Assembly (NCBI GenBank): GCA_903892035.1
Contig: CAITGV010000001.1
Coordinates: 91,624 to 155,623 of the forward strand
From: an uncultured bacterium
Lineage (GTDB): Bacteria; Patescibacteriota; Minisyncoccia; Phycocordibacterales; UBA9973
Direction: 5' to 3'
Length of the DNA: 64,000 bases
Shown: piece after piece, positions 1 through 10,000 of the stretch
Numbering within the stretch: position 1 is the stretch's first letter
Layout: each line of letters opens with the position of its first letter
Notes under the pieces: generated by a model
What the model was told of the DNA's origin: nothing
What the model saw: only the letters and a program-made list of their open reading frames with translations
Database searches by the model: none
Made by a program: the position numbers and the translations under genes

Positions 1-255
1 GTTGTCAAAGAACAAGAGCATATGCCCGAATACATCGGCAAGAACAAAAGGTGGGAAACATTCGACAGAGACTTGGAGATATACACGGCATACGAAAAGT
101 TAAGATCGGGTAGAACAGAAAAAAGAGCGGACTCATCGGGGCAATCACTAGATACCCAAGTATGGGGCGAGATGAAAAATAAGTATAAAAAATTGAAGCT
201 CGGTGATGTCCGACGAGCGGTTTCTCGCGTTGCAAAATTGGACTTGAAGGTCTAA
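1..255 (+). CDS. hypothetical protein, possibly 5'-partial. The frame is open to the window edge.
   Basis: ORF 22..255 has no upstream stop in frame and lies in GC-rich phage-like DNA. No motif recognised. Confidence 0.3.
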   Translation, partial: VVKEQEHMPEYIGKNKRWETFDRDLEIYTAYEKLRSGRTEKRADSSGQSLDTQVWGEMKNKYKKLKLGDVRRAVSRVAKLDLKV

Positions 256-320
256 CCGTACGATTAAACCCAACATTAGAAAAACCATACAAGAATAGAG
301 TAAGCACATTATTAGTTAGT

Positions 321-1616
321 GTGCTTTTTATTTATATGACTAAAAAGATTGTGTGGAAAACAGTGAAGCGCAAAGTCTCGAATTTGCTTCCCTACGAAAA
401 GAATCCGAGAAAAATTAGTGAGAAGCAGATGAAGGATTTAAAGCGTAGTTTGCGAAAGTATAACCTCGCCGAACTGCCTGCGATTAACTTGGACGGCGTG
501 GTGGTCGCGGGTCACCAGCGAATCAAAGCGTTGCACTTGATTGGTCGCGGTGATGAGGAGATTGAAGTCAGAATTCCGAATCGCCAACTTACAGAGGAGG
601 AATTCAAGGACTACCTCATTGTATCGAATAAGTCGGGCGGTTCATGGGACTTTGAGGGGCTTGCCGAGAATTTTGAGATGGACGCGCTGTCTCTTGCAGG
701 ATTCGAGGATGACGAACTGGGCGATATCTTCGCCAATAGTCTCCACGTCGATGATTCAGACACGAGCGACGAGGAGGAAGCGAAGAAGATCAAGAAGACC
801 AATATCAAGCGTGGTGACCTGTTCGCATTAGGAAAGCACCGTCTCTTGTGTGGTGACGCGCTCGACCCGAAGACCGTCAAGAAGCTTATGGGCTACGCGC
901 GCGCCGACCTCGTCAATGATGATTTGCCGTTCAATATTGACCTCTCATACGACAAAGGCGTGGGCAATAAGAAAAATTACGGCGGTACTACCAATGACAA
1001 CAAGACAGATGACGAGTATCGCGTGTTCGTGAAGACGATCATGCGGAACGCGAAGTCGGTAATGAAAAAAGACTCTCACTTCATGTTCTGGTGCGATGAG
1101 CGATATGTCTGGCTCTTTCAAATCCTTTACAAGGAACTCGGAATCGACAGCAAGCGTCTGCTCATATGGTTGAAAAATAATTCTTCTCCCACACCTATGG
1201 TCGCCTTTAACAAAGTCACAGAATTCATAGTCTATGGCACGATCGGCAGTCCATACCTCTCAAAGAAAGTCACTAATCTGAATGAGATTATAAACCCAAA
1301 AATGACGACAGGCAATAACCTTTCCACTGAGATTATCGACCAGTTAAACATCTGGATGGAGAAGCGTTTGCCCAGCAATGAGTATAACCACCCGACTGAA
1401 AAGAGTGCGTCGCTCCACGAAAAGGCGTTGCGCCGTTGCACTCGTCCCAACGACATCGTGCTTGACCTCACCGCTGGCGGCGGAAGCATTCTCATGGCGT
1501 GCGAGCAGTTGAAGCGCACGGCGTATGTCAATGAGTACGAGCCAATTTTTTGTCAGCTCATTATTAACAAGTTCGAGAAGCTTACTGGCATTAAGGCGAA
1601 AAAAATATATGAGTAA
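321..1616 (+). CDS. ParB-like nuclease domain fused to a beta-class N6A/N4C DNA methyltransferase. The start may be the MTKK Met at 336.
   Basis: N-terminal ParB-like stretch (LPYEKNPRKISEKQ...GHQRIKAL). DPPF-like motif (NDDLPFNI). C-terminal HPTEKS plus VLDLTAGGGS AdoMet motif. Sits directly upstream of the terminase genes, as in many phages. Confidence 0.75.
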   Translation: MLFIYMTKKIVWKTVKRKVSNLLPYEKNPRKISEKQMKDLKRSLRKYNLAELPAINLDGVVVAGHQRIKALHLIGRGDEEIEVRIPNRQLTEEEFKDYLIVSNKSGGSWDFEGLAENFEMDALSLAGFEDDELGDIFANSLHVDDSDTSDEEEAKKIKKTNIKRGDLFALGKHRLLCGDALDPKTVKKLMGYARADLVNDDLPFNIDLSYDKGVGNKKNYGGTTNDNKTDDEYRVFVKTIMRNAKSVMKKDSHFMFWCDERYVWLFQILYKELGIDSKRLLIWLKNNSSPTPMVAFNKVTEFIVYGTIGSPYLSKKVTNLNEIINPKMTTGNNLSTEIIDQLNIWMEKRLPSNEYNHPTEKSASLHEKALRRCTRPNDIVLDLTAGGGSILMACEQLKRTAYVNEYEPIFCQLIINKFEKLTGIKAKKIYE

Positions 1617-2043
1617 GAAATTGTCCGCCGCACAAACGCGAATTAAAAAGCAAAAAGAAGATTTGATTGACCAACTCAAAAAAAATCCTGTCATTCAGAT
1701 CGCGTGCGAGAAGCTCGACATCGGACGCGCCACGCACTACCGCTGGTACGCCGATGATGAGGAGTACGCCAAAGCGGTCGATTCCGCGATCGCCGAGGGT
1801 GTGACGTTCGTGGCGGAATTCGCCGAATCGCAGTTGCTCAACGCTGTCCGCAACGGCGATCCGTGGGCAGTCAGTATGGTACTCCGCGCCATGCATCCAC
1901 GATATAAGAACAAGGTTGAGTTCATAGGAACTATCAATCACACGAATCGCGAACTTACAGAAGAAGATATCGAGTTTATGAAAGAAAGCTTGATCCTTGC
2001 ATTACCAACTAATCAAAATCAAAATGAGAAACCTCAACCCTAG
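1609..2043 (+). CDS. phage terminase small subunit (HTH DNA-binding)
   Basis: Small protein between the MTase and the large terminase. HTH-like segment IGRATHYRWYADDEEY. Start overlaps the upstream stop (ATGAGTAA). Confidence 0.55.
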   Translation: MSKKLSAAQTRIKKQKEDLIDQLKKNPVIQIACEKLDIGRATHYRWYADDEEYAKAVDSAIAEGVTFVAEFAESQLLNAVRNGDPWAVSMVLRAMHPRYKNKVEFIGTINHTNRELTEEDIEFMKESLILALPTNQNQNEKPQP

Positions 2044-3481
2044 AGAAGAAGAGATCATTGATCGTATGATCAATGATCGCACGTTCCGCATCGCACTCGT
2101 GAAGCAAAGCCATTTTTGGTTTTTTCATTATTACTTTGGGCAGAAGTATGCAAAGTATCCAACAGCGGATTTCCAGCGCGAGATGTTCAACATCACGGAA
2201 AATCCAGACTTGCAGAACATCGTCATCACCGCGTTTCGAGGATCGGCAAAATCGACGATCTTCACCCTCTCGTATGTCATATGGTCAATTGTCGGCGTGA
2301 AGCAAAAGAAGTTCGCGATTATTCTCGGACGCACGCAGTTGAACACCACGCCCAACTTGAATGCTATCAAGAAGGAGCTTGAAGAAAATAAGGCATTCCG
2401 TAGTGACTTCGGACCCTTTAAGGAAGAAATCGACAGTAACGGAACAACCCAGTCGATCTCCTTGCCCGACTATAACGCCCAGATATCGACGCGCTCGATC
2501 GGGCAGAACATACGCGGAATCAAGCACTTTCAGTATCGCCCCGACCTCATCATCGCTGACGACATCGAGGATTCTGAATCAATCAAGACGCAAGAGAACC
2601 GCGACAAGCTGTTCGACTGGCTCACGGGCGATGTGATCCCCGCTGGAGACCGCGACACACAGCTCATCTTTATCGGTACTCCTCTGCATAACGATTCGAT
2701 ACTCATGCGATTGAAAGAGATATTTAAAAATGGTGATAGTAAAAATATCTTCCGTGAGTTTCCAATCGTGAACGAGGACGGGATACCATTGTGGCGCGGG
2801 AAATTCAAGACACAGACGGATATCGACAACGAGCGAGCCAAGTGCTTCAGCGAATCAGTCTGGCAACGCGAGTATTTGTTGAAGATTGTTGACGGCGAAG
2901 ATCAAATAGTCAGAAGCGAACACATCCATTACTACGACGACATTCCGAACGAAGAGTGCCGATTCGCCGCCGTGTCGGTCGATCCCGCCAGATCGCTGAA
3001 ATTGACTGCCGATTACACCGCCATGGTTTCAGGCAAAATGTATGGACACGGAAAGGACAGAAAACTATACATCATGCCAAACCCTGTGAATGCTCGTCTG
3101 AACACAGACCAGTTGATACAAAAGGTGAAGAGCATTTCAATGGCTCTCAACAACAACGGCTACTATGCGCGAGTGTACGTCGAAGATGTCGGAATGCAGG
3201 GAATAATCGCCGACATTTTGAAAGCTAACGGTCTATCTGCAAAACTGTTTCCTGTTCGCGGTTGGAGCAAGGAAGACCGCCTCACCGCCGTGTCCTCGCT
3301 TATCGAGCTTGGACAAGTCGTCTTCCCAAGAAAGGGAGCAGAAAAGCTGATCGAGCAAATACTGGGATTCGGAAAGGAAGCACACGACGATTTGGTAGAC
3401 GCTTGCACCATGCTCATAATTCAAGCATTCGAGGATTCAAAACAACCCAGAATGAGTATCAAGACTTATTATTTCAGATAG
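2024..3481 (+). CDS. phage terminase large subunit (ATPase plus RNaseH-like nuclease)
   Basis: Walker A-like AFRGSAKST, Walker B LIIADDIEDSE, C-terminal nuclease acidic residues (VYVEDVGMQG, AHDDLVDA). Confidence 0.8.
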   Translation: MRNLNPREEEIIDRMINDRTFRIALVKQSHFWFFHYYFGQKYAKYPTADFQREMFNITENPDLQNIVITAFRGSAKSTIFTLSYVIWSIVGVKQKKFAIILGRTQLNTTPNLNAIKKELEENKAFRSDFGPFKEEIDSNGTTQSISLPDYNAQISTRSIGQNIRGIKHFQYRPDLIIADDIEDSESIKTQENRDKLFDWLTGDVIPAGDRDTQLIFIGTPLHNDSILMRLKEIFKNGDSKNIFREFPIVNEDGIPLWRGKFKTQTDIDNERAKCFSESVWQREYLLKIVDGEDQIVRSEHIHYYDDIPNEECRFAAVSVDPARSLKLTADYTAMVSGKMYGHGKDRKLYIMPNPVNARLNTDQLIQKVKSISMALNNNGYYARVYVEDVGMQGIIADILKANGLSAKLFPVRGWSKEDRLTAVSSLIELGQVVFPRKGAEKLIEQILGFGKEAHDDLVDACTMLIIQAFEDSKQPRMSIKTYYFR

Positions 3482-3482
3482 G

Positions 3483-4247
3483 CTATTTCGCCTCGCCAGC
3501 GGCGGTCGCGTACTGCAACCAGTTCGTGCTGATTTCCTTTTGCGCTTCTTGGATCGTCATCGCACCGCTACAGACTTGTCGGTGCAAGTAATTCTCAAAA
3601 ACGTCTTTCACTCTCGCCCCGTCTGGTATCAAATATGATTCAGGATACAAATTCGAGATATCGTTGCTTCCGCCGATTTCCAAGCTGATGATGTGATCGA
3701 CTTCATAGTTGGAGTGTTCAGTGGAATATGAAATACCGTATTCTGCGAATACCTCTTCTTTTGTCGCAACTGAAACATCGCGGACGGTTTTTGTGTAGCC
3801 GACCGTACAAACAGTCGGAATGTCGGTCGTGAGAACCGCGCCCGGCGAACAGGCTGGATCGGGTAATACGCCGTCCACACATCCGCTTGTCTTTGTCTGC
3901 ACTCCGTAGGTCGGAGTAGAGGTCGATTGAACGACAGTTTGCGATTTTATTACTGGCGCGGCGACAGGCACGCTCGTTGGCGGTGGTGTGATTTTTGCGG
4001 GAGCTATGGCGACAACGGTGTCGGTTGTGGTCGTTGAAGCTATTAAGGTCTCGGGCGCAGAAGCAATCGGGGTCGTCGCTGGCGCGGGCGATGCTACTCC
4101 GAACAATATAAAAAATGCAATCATTGATCCGCCAAAAACCAGACCTGCTTTTTTCCTAGATTTCAGTTTAAGGAGCGACGGCTTCCCGAGACCGATGATG
4201 AGAGCGAGGATTGATAAAAGAAATAGTGCGAGGAATATGTCTCTCAT
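3483..4247 (-). CDS. membrane-anchored or secreted protein with C-terminal HNH/EndoVII-like nuclease motif
   Basis: N-terminal TM/signal segment, Thr/Pro-rich linker, then EVDHIISLEIGGSNDISNLYP (HNH-type DH...GG...N motif). Confidence 0.5.
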   Translation of the reverse strand: MRDIFLALFLLSILALIIGLGKPSLLKLKSRKKAGLVFGGSMIAFFILFGVASPAPATTPIASAPETLIASTTTTDTVVAIAPAKITPPPTSVPVAAPVIKSQTVVQSTSTPTYGVQTKTSGCVDGVLPDPACSPGAVLTTDIPTVCTVGYTKTVRDVSVATKEEVFAEYGISYSTEHSNYEVDHIISLEIGGSNDISNLYPESYLIPDGARVKDVFENYLHRQVCSGAMTIQEAQKEISTNWLQYATAAGEAK

Positions 4248-4250
4248 ACG

Positions 4251-4691
4251 CTAGTTCTTCGAGACGAACTCGTTGGGAACGAATCCCGACTGTCCAATGT
4301 AGTCTCCGCTCATTATTCGCACCTCACTCGAACTGAATCCCTCACCAATGACCTTGACTTGTGTTCCATTTTTTACGGGAAGCACTTGTCCGTCCAAAAC
4401 CATTTGTGCTATTCCAGTTGTGTCACCCGCGACAGAAAGTTGCATCGTTCGATCAAAGTAATCTTTTGTGATCGGAACGAGAATTGGATCGGCACTACTT
4501 TTCAGATATGCTGTGTCGCCGATTAAAACTTGGCTAGCAGGAGGAGTAGGTGCTGAAGCACCTGAAGAATTACTACTACCTGAATTGCTAATAATCATCA
4601 CGAGTACACCGAGACCAATGATTGATCCATAAATTATTTTCTTCTTCTTACTCAATGGCTTTTTCGCACCTGCTTGATCGCTTTTTTCCAT
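4251..4691 (-). CDS. membrane-anchored hypothetical protein
   Basis: Lys-rich N-terminus, single TM helix (IIYGSIIGLGVLVMII), Ser-rich linker, extracytoplasmic beta-rich domain. Confidence 0.4.
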   Translation of the reverse strand: MEKSDQAGAKKPLSKKKKIIYGSIIGLGVLVMIISNSGSSNSSGASAPTPPASQVLIGDTAYLKSSADPILVPITKDYFDRTMQLSVAGDTTGIAQMVLDGQVLPVKNGTQVKVIGEGFSSSEVRIMSGDYIGQSGFVPNEFVSKN

Positions 4692-4954
4692 ACATACTTT
4701 TTTTGCGTGTTAGTAATAAATCCGAGGATGAGACGCAAAAAGCCCACCACATGGGTTGAGGGCTATTAGACCCTCCATACACCTTTCGATGTACGGCGAT
4801 CAAGCAAACCCCATATGATGGGTTCTTTATGCTTGATCGACTTTATTCGCCATGCCGCCGCTGAAGCGAGGGTTTAGGCTACTTACTTATTCAGTTGTTA
4901 ACAAACAATAGCATTTTCGACGCTATTATTCCAGACCATGATATCGCAGTACTG

Positions 4955-5012
4955 TGAAATCACTGAGGGGAGTTACCAACACGTTGCCAACAACGACCCC
5001 TCAGTGATTTCA
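4955..5012. promoter_or_regulatory. perfect 16-bp inverted repeat (TGAAATCACTGAGGGG / CCCCTCAGTGATTTCA) with a 26-bp spacer, just upstream of the recombinase start
   Basis: Read directly from the sequence. Lies 25 nt upstream of the probable start codon at 5037. Candidate operator or att core. Confidence 0.5.
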
Positions 5013-5036
5013 ACGATCTGCGTCATTAATATATAC

Positions 5037-6368
5037 ATGGAGACACAGTCATATAGCGCAATGATCGGAACGGCGAAAGTCGTACCGACCGTAAAAGTGA
5101 GATATTGTCTTTATGCGAGAAAATCGACAGAGCAAGATGAGAAGCAAGCTCTGTCTATTGATTCTCAAGTAAAAGAAATGTTACAGATCGCCGAGCGAGA
5201 CGGTTTGGAAGTGATAGACATTAGGAGAGAATCGCACTCGGCAAAAGATTCTGGACAACGACCAGTTTTTAAAGAAATTTTAGAAGATCTGCGGCGAGAT
5301 AGATTCAACGGAATCCTTGCATGGGCACCAGATCGTTTAAGTAGAAACGCTGGCGACCTCGGAAGCGTCGTCGATCTGATGGACGAAAAGCATCTAGTAG
5401 AAATACGAACGTACGGACAACAATTTAGAAATTCGCCGAACGAGAAATTCTTGCTCATGATTCTGTGTTCACAAGCAAAGCTCGAAAATGACAACAAAAG
5501 TATAAACGTGAAGCGAGGTTTAAAAACGAGATGTGAAATGGGACTATGGCCATGTCCCGCCCCTACTGGGTACGTCAAAGAAAAAAGAATGGATCGGAGG
5601 TGTCAGACACTAATAGATCCAGAGCGCGGGGCGATCGTAAAAAAGATTTTCGAGAAGGCGGCGTACGAGAAGTGGAGCGGACGAAAGATATATCACTGGC
5701 TGAAATTCGATCTGAACTTCCGAAGTGCGAACAGTAACAAGAACCTTACTTTGAGCAATATATACATGATGTTGGAAAACCCCTTTTACTACGGGGTTTT
5801 TGAATATCCGAGAAAAAGCGGAAACTGGTACAAAGGAACGTACGAGCCGCTCATCACAAAGGAGCTGTTCGACCAAGTCCAAGGACAGATGAAAAGTCAG
5901 ATCGTCAGATCCGAGAGTAAAGAATTTGCTTTCACGAAACTCATGACATGCGGAATGTGCGAATCTGGAATATGCGCCGACGAGAAATTCAAAAAGCCTA
6001 AAAACGGAAACATTCACCGATATGTCTACTACGGTTGTACCCGATCGAGAGACAAGAATTGCAAGTGCGGATTTATCGAAGAGAAAGAACTAATCAAGCA
6101 ATTTGAGGACATGCTCGACACGATCGACTTGGACGAGATCGGGATAAAGGAAAAGCTCAAGATTGAAGTCGAGCGATTCAAAAAATTCCAGCGAGTGATA
6201 CTAGGTAGTAAGGAAAAAATCGAGATTGGCGATGTCGATATTCGGAACTATACCAAGTACTTACTGCGAGACGGTTCAGATTTAGAGAAACGAGAATTAC
6301 TTGGATGCTTTAAAAGTAAAATAACCCTAAAACAAAAGACGATTTCATTGGCTAAAAACTCAAGTTAG
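5037..6368 (+). CDS. large serine recombinase (resolvase N-terminal domain, recombinase domain and zinc ribbon). The ORF is open from 4938.
   Basis: YARKST catalytic-Ser motif, PDRLSRN, recombinase domain, and C-terminal Cys cluster CGMCESGIC...YYGCTRSRDKNCKC. Confidence 0.85.
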   Translation: METQSYSAMIGTAKVVPTVKVRYCLYARKSTEQDEKQALSIDSQVKEMLQIAERDGLEVIDIRRESHSAKDSGQRPVFKEILEDLRRDRFNGILAWAPDRLSRNAGDLGSVVDLMDEKHLVEIRTYGQQFRNSPNEKFLLMILCSQAKLENDNKSINVKRGLKTRCEMGLWPCPAPTGYVKEKRMDRRCQTLIDPERGAIVKKIFEKAAYEKWSGRKIYHWLKFDLNFRSANSNKNLTLSNIYMMLENPFYYGVFEYPRKSGNWYKGTYEPLITKELFDQVQGQMKSQIVRSESKEFAFTKLMTCGMCESGICADEKFKKPKNGNIHRYVYYGCTRSRDKNCKCGFIEEKELIKQFEDMLDTIDLDEIGIKEKLKIEVERFKKFQRVILGSKEKIEIGDVDIRNYTKYLLRDGSDLEKRELLGCFKSKITLKQKTISLAKNSS

Positions 6369-6420
6369 TCAAAAAACGCCTACTAAACTATCGACTGGGG
6401 CGATTCAAAAAAGACTTACG

Positions 6421-7062
6421 CTAAATTTTATTTAGTTGAGTAACATGTTGTGCGTGTTTTTGTGATTCCATGCGAGCCAATTTACCCTCATGTGTTTCTG
6501 GCTCTATGTTTGCCGCGTCCTTAAAAATTTCTGTTGCACGCGTTTTAATTTCAACCTGCGTTGCCAAATTTTCCCTGCGTGCCATCTTAGAAGCGATTAT
6601 ATCCAACTGGTTAAAAAATACTTTTATGTAAATGAAATTAAGAACATCGTCTGTGGGTGTTCCTCGGGCTGGACTTACTTTCTTAAAATGCTTCACGTTT
6701 GAAGCTGTTTTAATGTAATCGGACACATTTCCTTGATTGATTCCGATTTGACTTTTATTAAAAATAATTTTGAAGAAAACATAAACAAACCCGAGAGTGT
6801 ATCCTATTTGAACAGCCGGTGAGCCAAATTTAAAAATTGAAAATGTGATACCAAAAAATATAACGAAAAGAATCAATATGCTTCCCAAATATTTTGAAAT
6901 AATCGGGTGATTTTTCGCAATCATATTTTCACGTTCAAGCTCTACTGTCAAAGGGATACAGAAGACGAGACAAATAACAGCCGAGAGGAGCGTGTAGCTC
7001 GCTATTATCATTCCGAAAATGAACGACACTATTAAAATAATCATTATATACAAAGTAATCAT
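6421..7062 (-). CDS. multi-pass membrane protein, hypothetical
   Basis: About 4 predicted TM helices, then a charged cytoplasmic C-terminus. Starts 11 nt downstream of the giant helicase gene on the same strand. Confidence 0.45.
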   Translation of the reverse strand: MITLYIMIILIVSFIFGMIIASYTLLSAVICLVFCIPLTVELERENMIAKNHPIISKYLGSILILFVIFFGITFSIFKFGSPAVQIGYTLGFVYVFFKIIFNKSQIGINQGNVSDYIKTASNVKHFKKVSPARGTPTDDVLNFIYIKVFFNQLDIIASKMARRENLATQVEIKTRATEIFKDAANIEPETHEGKLARMESQKHAQHVTQLNKI

Positions 7063-7073
7063 ATTTTTATCTC

Positions 7074-10000
7074 CTAAAGTGCTTTTGTTCCTTTACAATA
7101 GGGAAATTTTGAACATCCGTAGAATTTTCCTCTTTTGCCATTTCGGAGAATCATTTTTGATCGACAGCGCGGGCAGTCCTTATCTGAAAGAACTGGCGCG
7201 GGCTTATTATCTTTAACGGCTTGCGCTAAATCCTTGCAATATTTACAAAATTTTCCGCGACCACTAATTAATTTAGGATTCTTAAAATCAACATCCTCTC
7301 TTATTTCATGGCATTTTGGACATTCCTTTTTATCTCCATTTTGAAGACCCTCGATCGTCTCTTGAATGCCAGTCAGAACGGGATTATAGCTAGTACGAAC
7401 ATTTTTTATGAGACCACTGATTCGCTCGTTCAATGTCGATATCTGGTTAGCACCGATGTTGAATTTGTTTATTCGGAGAAACTTGTAACCGTAGCTTTCT
7501 AAAACCTTCTGTCGATAAATATCATCCTCGGAATAATATTCTTTGTAGTTGAATTCATTTACCTCCGCGAGATCGCTAAAATGCTCCTTGAAGCCGTCGT
7601 ACTCAATGACTATCTTGTGTTCATTACGATTCTCGTCTTTGTATACCAACAAGAAATCAACCTTGTAGTGGGGGTGCTTATAGGTACGATCGAGCTGTTT
7701 AAGATATTTGCCGATCTCGAATTGAGGAAAAAATTCGATGTTCTCTTTATTATTTTTCCAGAACTCCGTTTGATAAAACCAGTTCAATACCTCTGGTTCC
7801 ATTTTTGATTTCTGGTCTGTCTCGGAAACATCATGTTCCTTTTTGGCTTCTTCAAGAATAAAATAGTAGTGTCTTAACGCGTCACCTATTGAACCGCTGA
7901 ATTTGTCGAGCGGTTTGCTGAGAACGAAGTGGATCGTCTCTTTCGCTCGGCTGAAACCTACGTTCAATCGTTGTACTTTTATTTTACCGTCTTCTTCCGT
8001 ATCGACACTGTTAAAGTCCTTTATGAATACGCCCCAGAGCCTGTCGCTATTTTCATTTGCAACCATGGAGTAGAAAATAATGTCTCGTTCCTCACCTTGG
8101 CAGGTGTCAAATGTCATTATCTTCAAATTGAGATTTTCAAAATAGAAGTCACGCTCTGGGAGCTTGCTGATTGCTTCCATGAGTAGCTTCTGCTGATTCG
8201 TGTGGGGCGTAATGATACCGACGCTCTGATTTGTCTTGGCTTCATACAAAGTCTGCAACTGCTTGATTATGAAATCAATCTCCGCTCTATTGCTGTTAGG
8301 TACACTTTCCTCTTTTCCGTCATGATCGACGAAGCTAAATTTAATGACATCGTCGATGTTCTTACCTCGAATTTTCATGACCTGAAGACCACCCTGATAG
8401 AAATATTTATTTGAGTAAGAAATGATTTCCTTGTAGCCACGAAAATGCTTGAGTAGCTGAGTATTGTAGTTTGTGATAAATTCAAAGAACTCCAAGATTG
8501 AAGTCTTGATATCGAATTTTCCGAGTTTAACCAATTTTGAATCCTCTTCGGAAACTTGATCTCGAAACACTCGCGCCAGAGAATTCAGGTATTCTCGGTT
8601 TGTCTCCGATTTCGCTTGAGCCGCCTTGATATTGCTGAACTGCTTTTTGTCTCCGAGAATAAGAACTTTTTTTGCGCGGATCAAAGCTGGAAATGCCTGC
8701 GCGATACTCACCTGTGAAGCCTCATCAATAATAACCAAATCAAACAACCCCGCATTTAAAGGGATATATTCTGCGTAGTCTCTTATGCCCGCAAGAATAC
8801 AAGGAAAAGCATCTTTAAGTTTGAGAAACTGCTCTTTGGGGAATTTCATCTTGTTTTTAATGACCTCCCGCAAGGTTTCGGCATCTGCCTTATTATTGTT
8901 GTAGAAATCAATGAGACGACCGTCCAAAACGTGGGTAACCTGAGTTGTCACGAGCGTCTCAAGCTCCTTCTTTTGACTAACATAGCTCATCGCTGGGATC
9001 GATCCAAACTTAGAAGTTATAGAAGCTTTAAGTACGGGGTAGCGCGCGGATCGATCGAAATCAAGGCTACTCATCGTCACAAGCGGACTATTAAATATTC
9101 CCGAAAAATGCTCTTTTGAAATATTTAATTTTTGGATTGAAGCTGGGCATAGATCGAATTCCTCGAACAGTGACAACGCTTCTTTTTCAGTAGAAAGAAT
9201 TATTTTTTCTTGCTCATCAAAGTTGGTCTTTGATGAAACGAGTTCAACCAAAACGGCGACATGGTCGATACTCATTTCAGTGATAAGTTTTGATTGCGCT
9301 ACCAAAGCTTGGAAATAATCAAAAATTTCTATCGTCTGCTTCAACTCCTTGATATTCTCGTGAGCAATTCGATACTCCACCAGAGGAAACAGCTCTTTGA
9401 ACGAATTATCCAAAGACTGGAGTTTTGATCCGCTGAACATATAACCGACAATAGGCATTTTTGCTTCTTCGCAGTCACGAACCCATTTTTTGAGATTCAC
9501 CAAGTCTTTTTGGGCGAAAACCTTAAGCCGTGAGATCCGCTGAATGTCCTCGCCGAATCGGCGGTATGTTTCTTGAGCAAGGTGGTAATATGCCAAAAGA
9601 ATCTGCAAGAAGTTTAAGAGAATATCTTTACTCTTAAGGGTTTCGAGTTCAACATGTAGAATCTTTGAGAGACAGTCATTTTTAAATATTTGAGGCAATG
9701 AGAGAATGAACGATCGAAACTCTCCCAAAAATACAATCGCGCTTTCATTTTGAGAAAGTTCGTTAAGATCAAACGCGTATCCGTGCGAAGAATAAAAATC
9801 TTCTAAGGAGTAAAACTCACTTATTTCCTTCAGATCAATTTCAGAGTAAGCCAAAGCCTCTGCCTCGATATCTTCTTTTAGTGAATTTGAGAGCTTGGAA
9901 ATATTTTCCTCAATCGCAGCAAAATCTTTTTGGACGGCTCGATGATGAGTTTTTATCTTTTCAATTGATGATTTCGCAAGTATCTGTCCATATGTATTTC

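Larger units (their letters stand above)
1..6400. mobile_element. GC-rich phage-like island: ParB-MTase, terminase small and large subunits, membrane proteins, serine recombinase
   Basis: Composition shifts from about 48-50 % GC (estimated by eye) to AT-rich at about 6400. Packaging genes plus a recombinase at the right edge. Confidence 0.5.

Noticed and set aside
541-1032. Overlapping ORFs inside the MTase gene (541..831 +, 611..880 -, 850..1032 +)
   Set aside because: These are shadow frames in GC-rich coding DNA. They are Arg/Ser-rich and low-complexity, and are nested entirely within a well-supported gene.
4700-4937. GC-rich 238-nt spacer before the serine recombinase, considered as a tmRNA or tRNA-like structured RNA
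   Set aside because: No cloverleaf or tmRNA tRNA-like domain could be folded by hand. It is kept only as a possible att or regulatory region within the GC-rich island.
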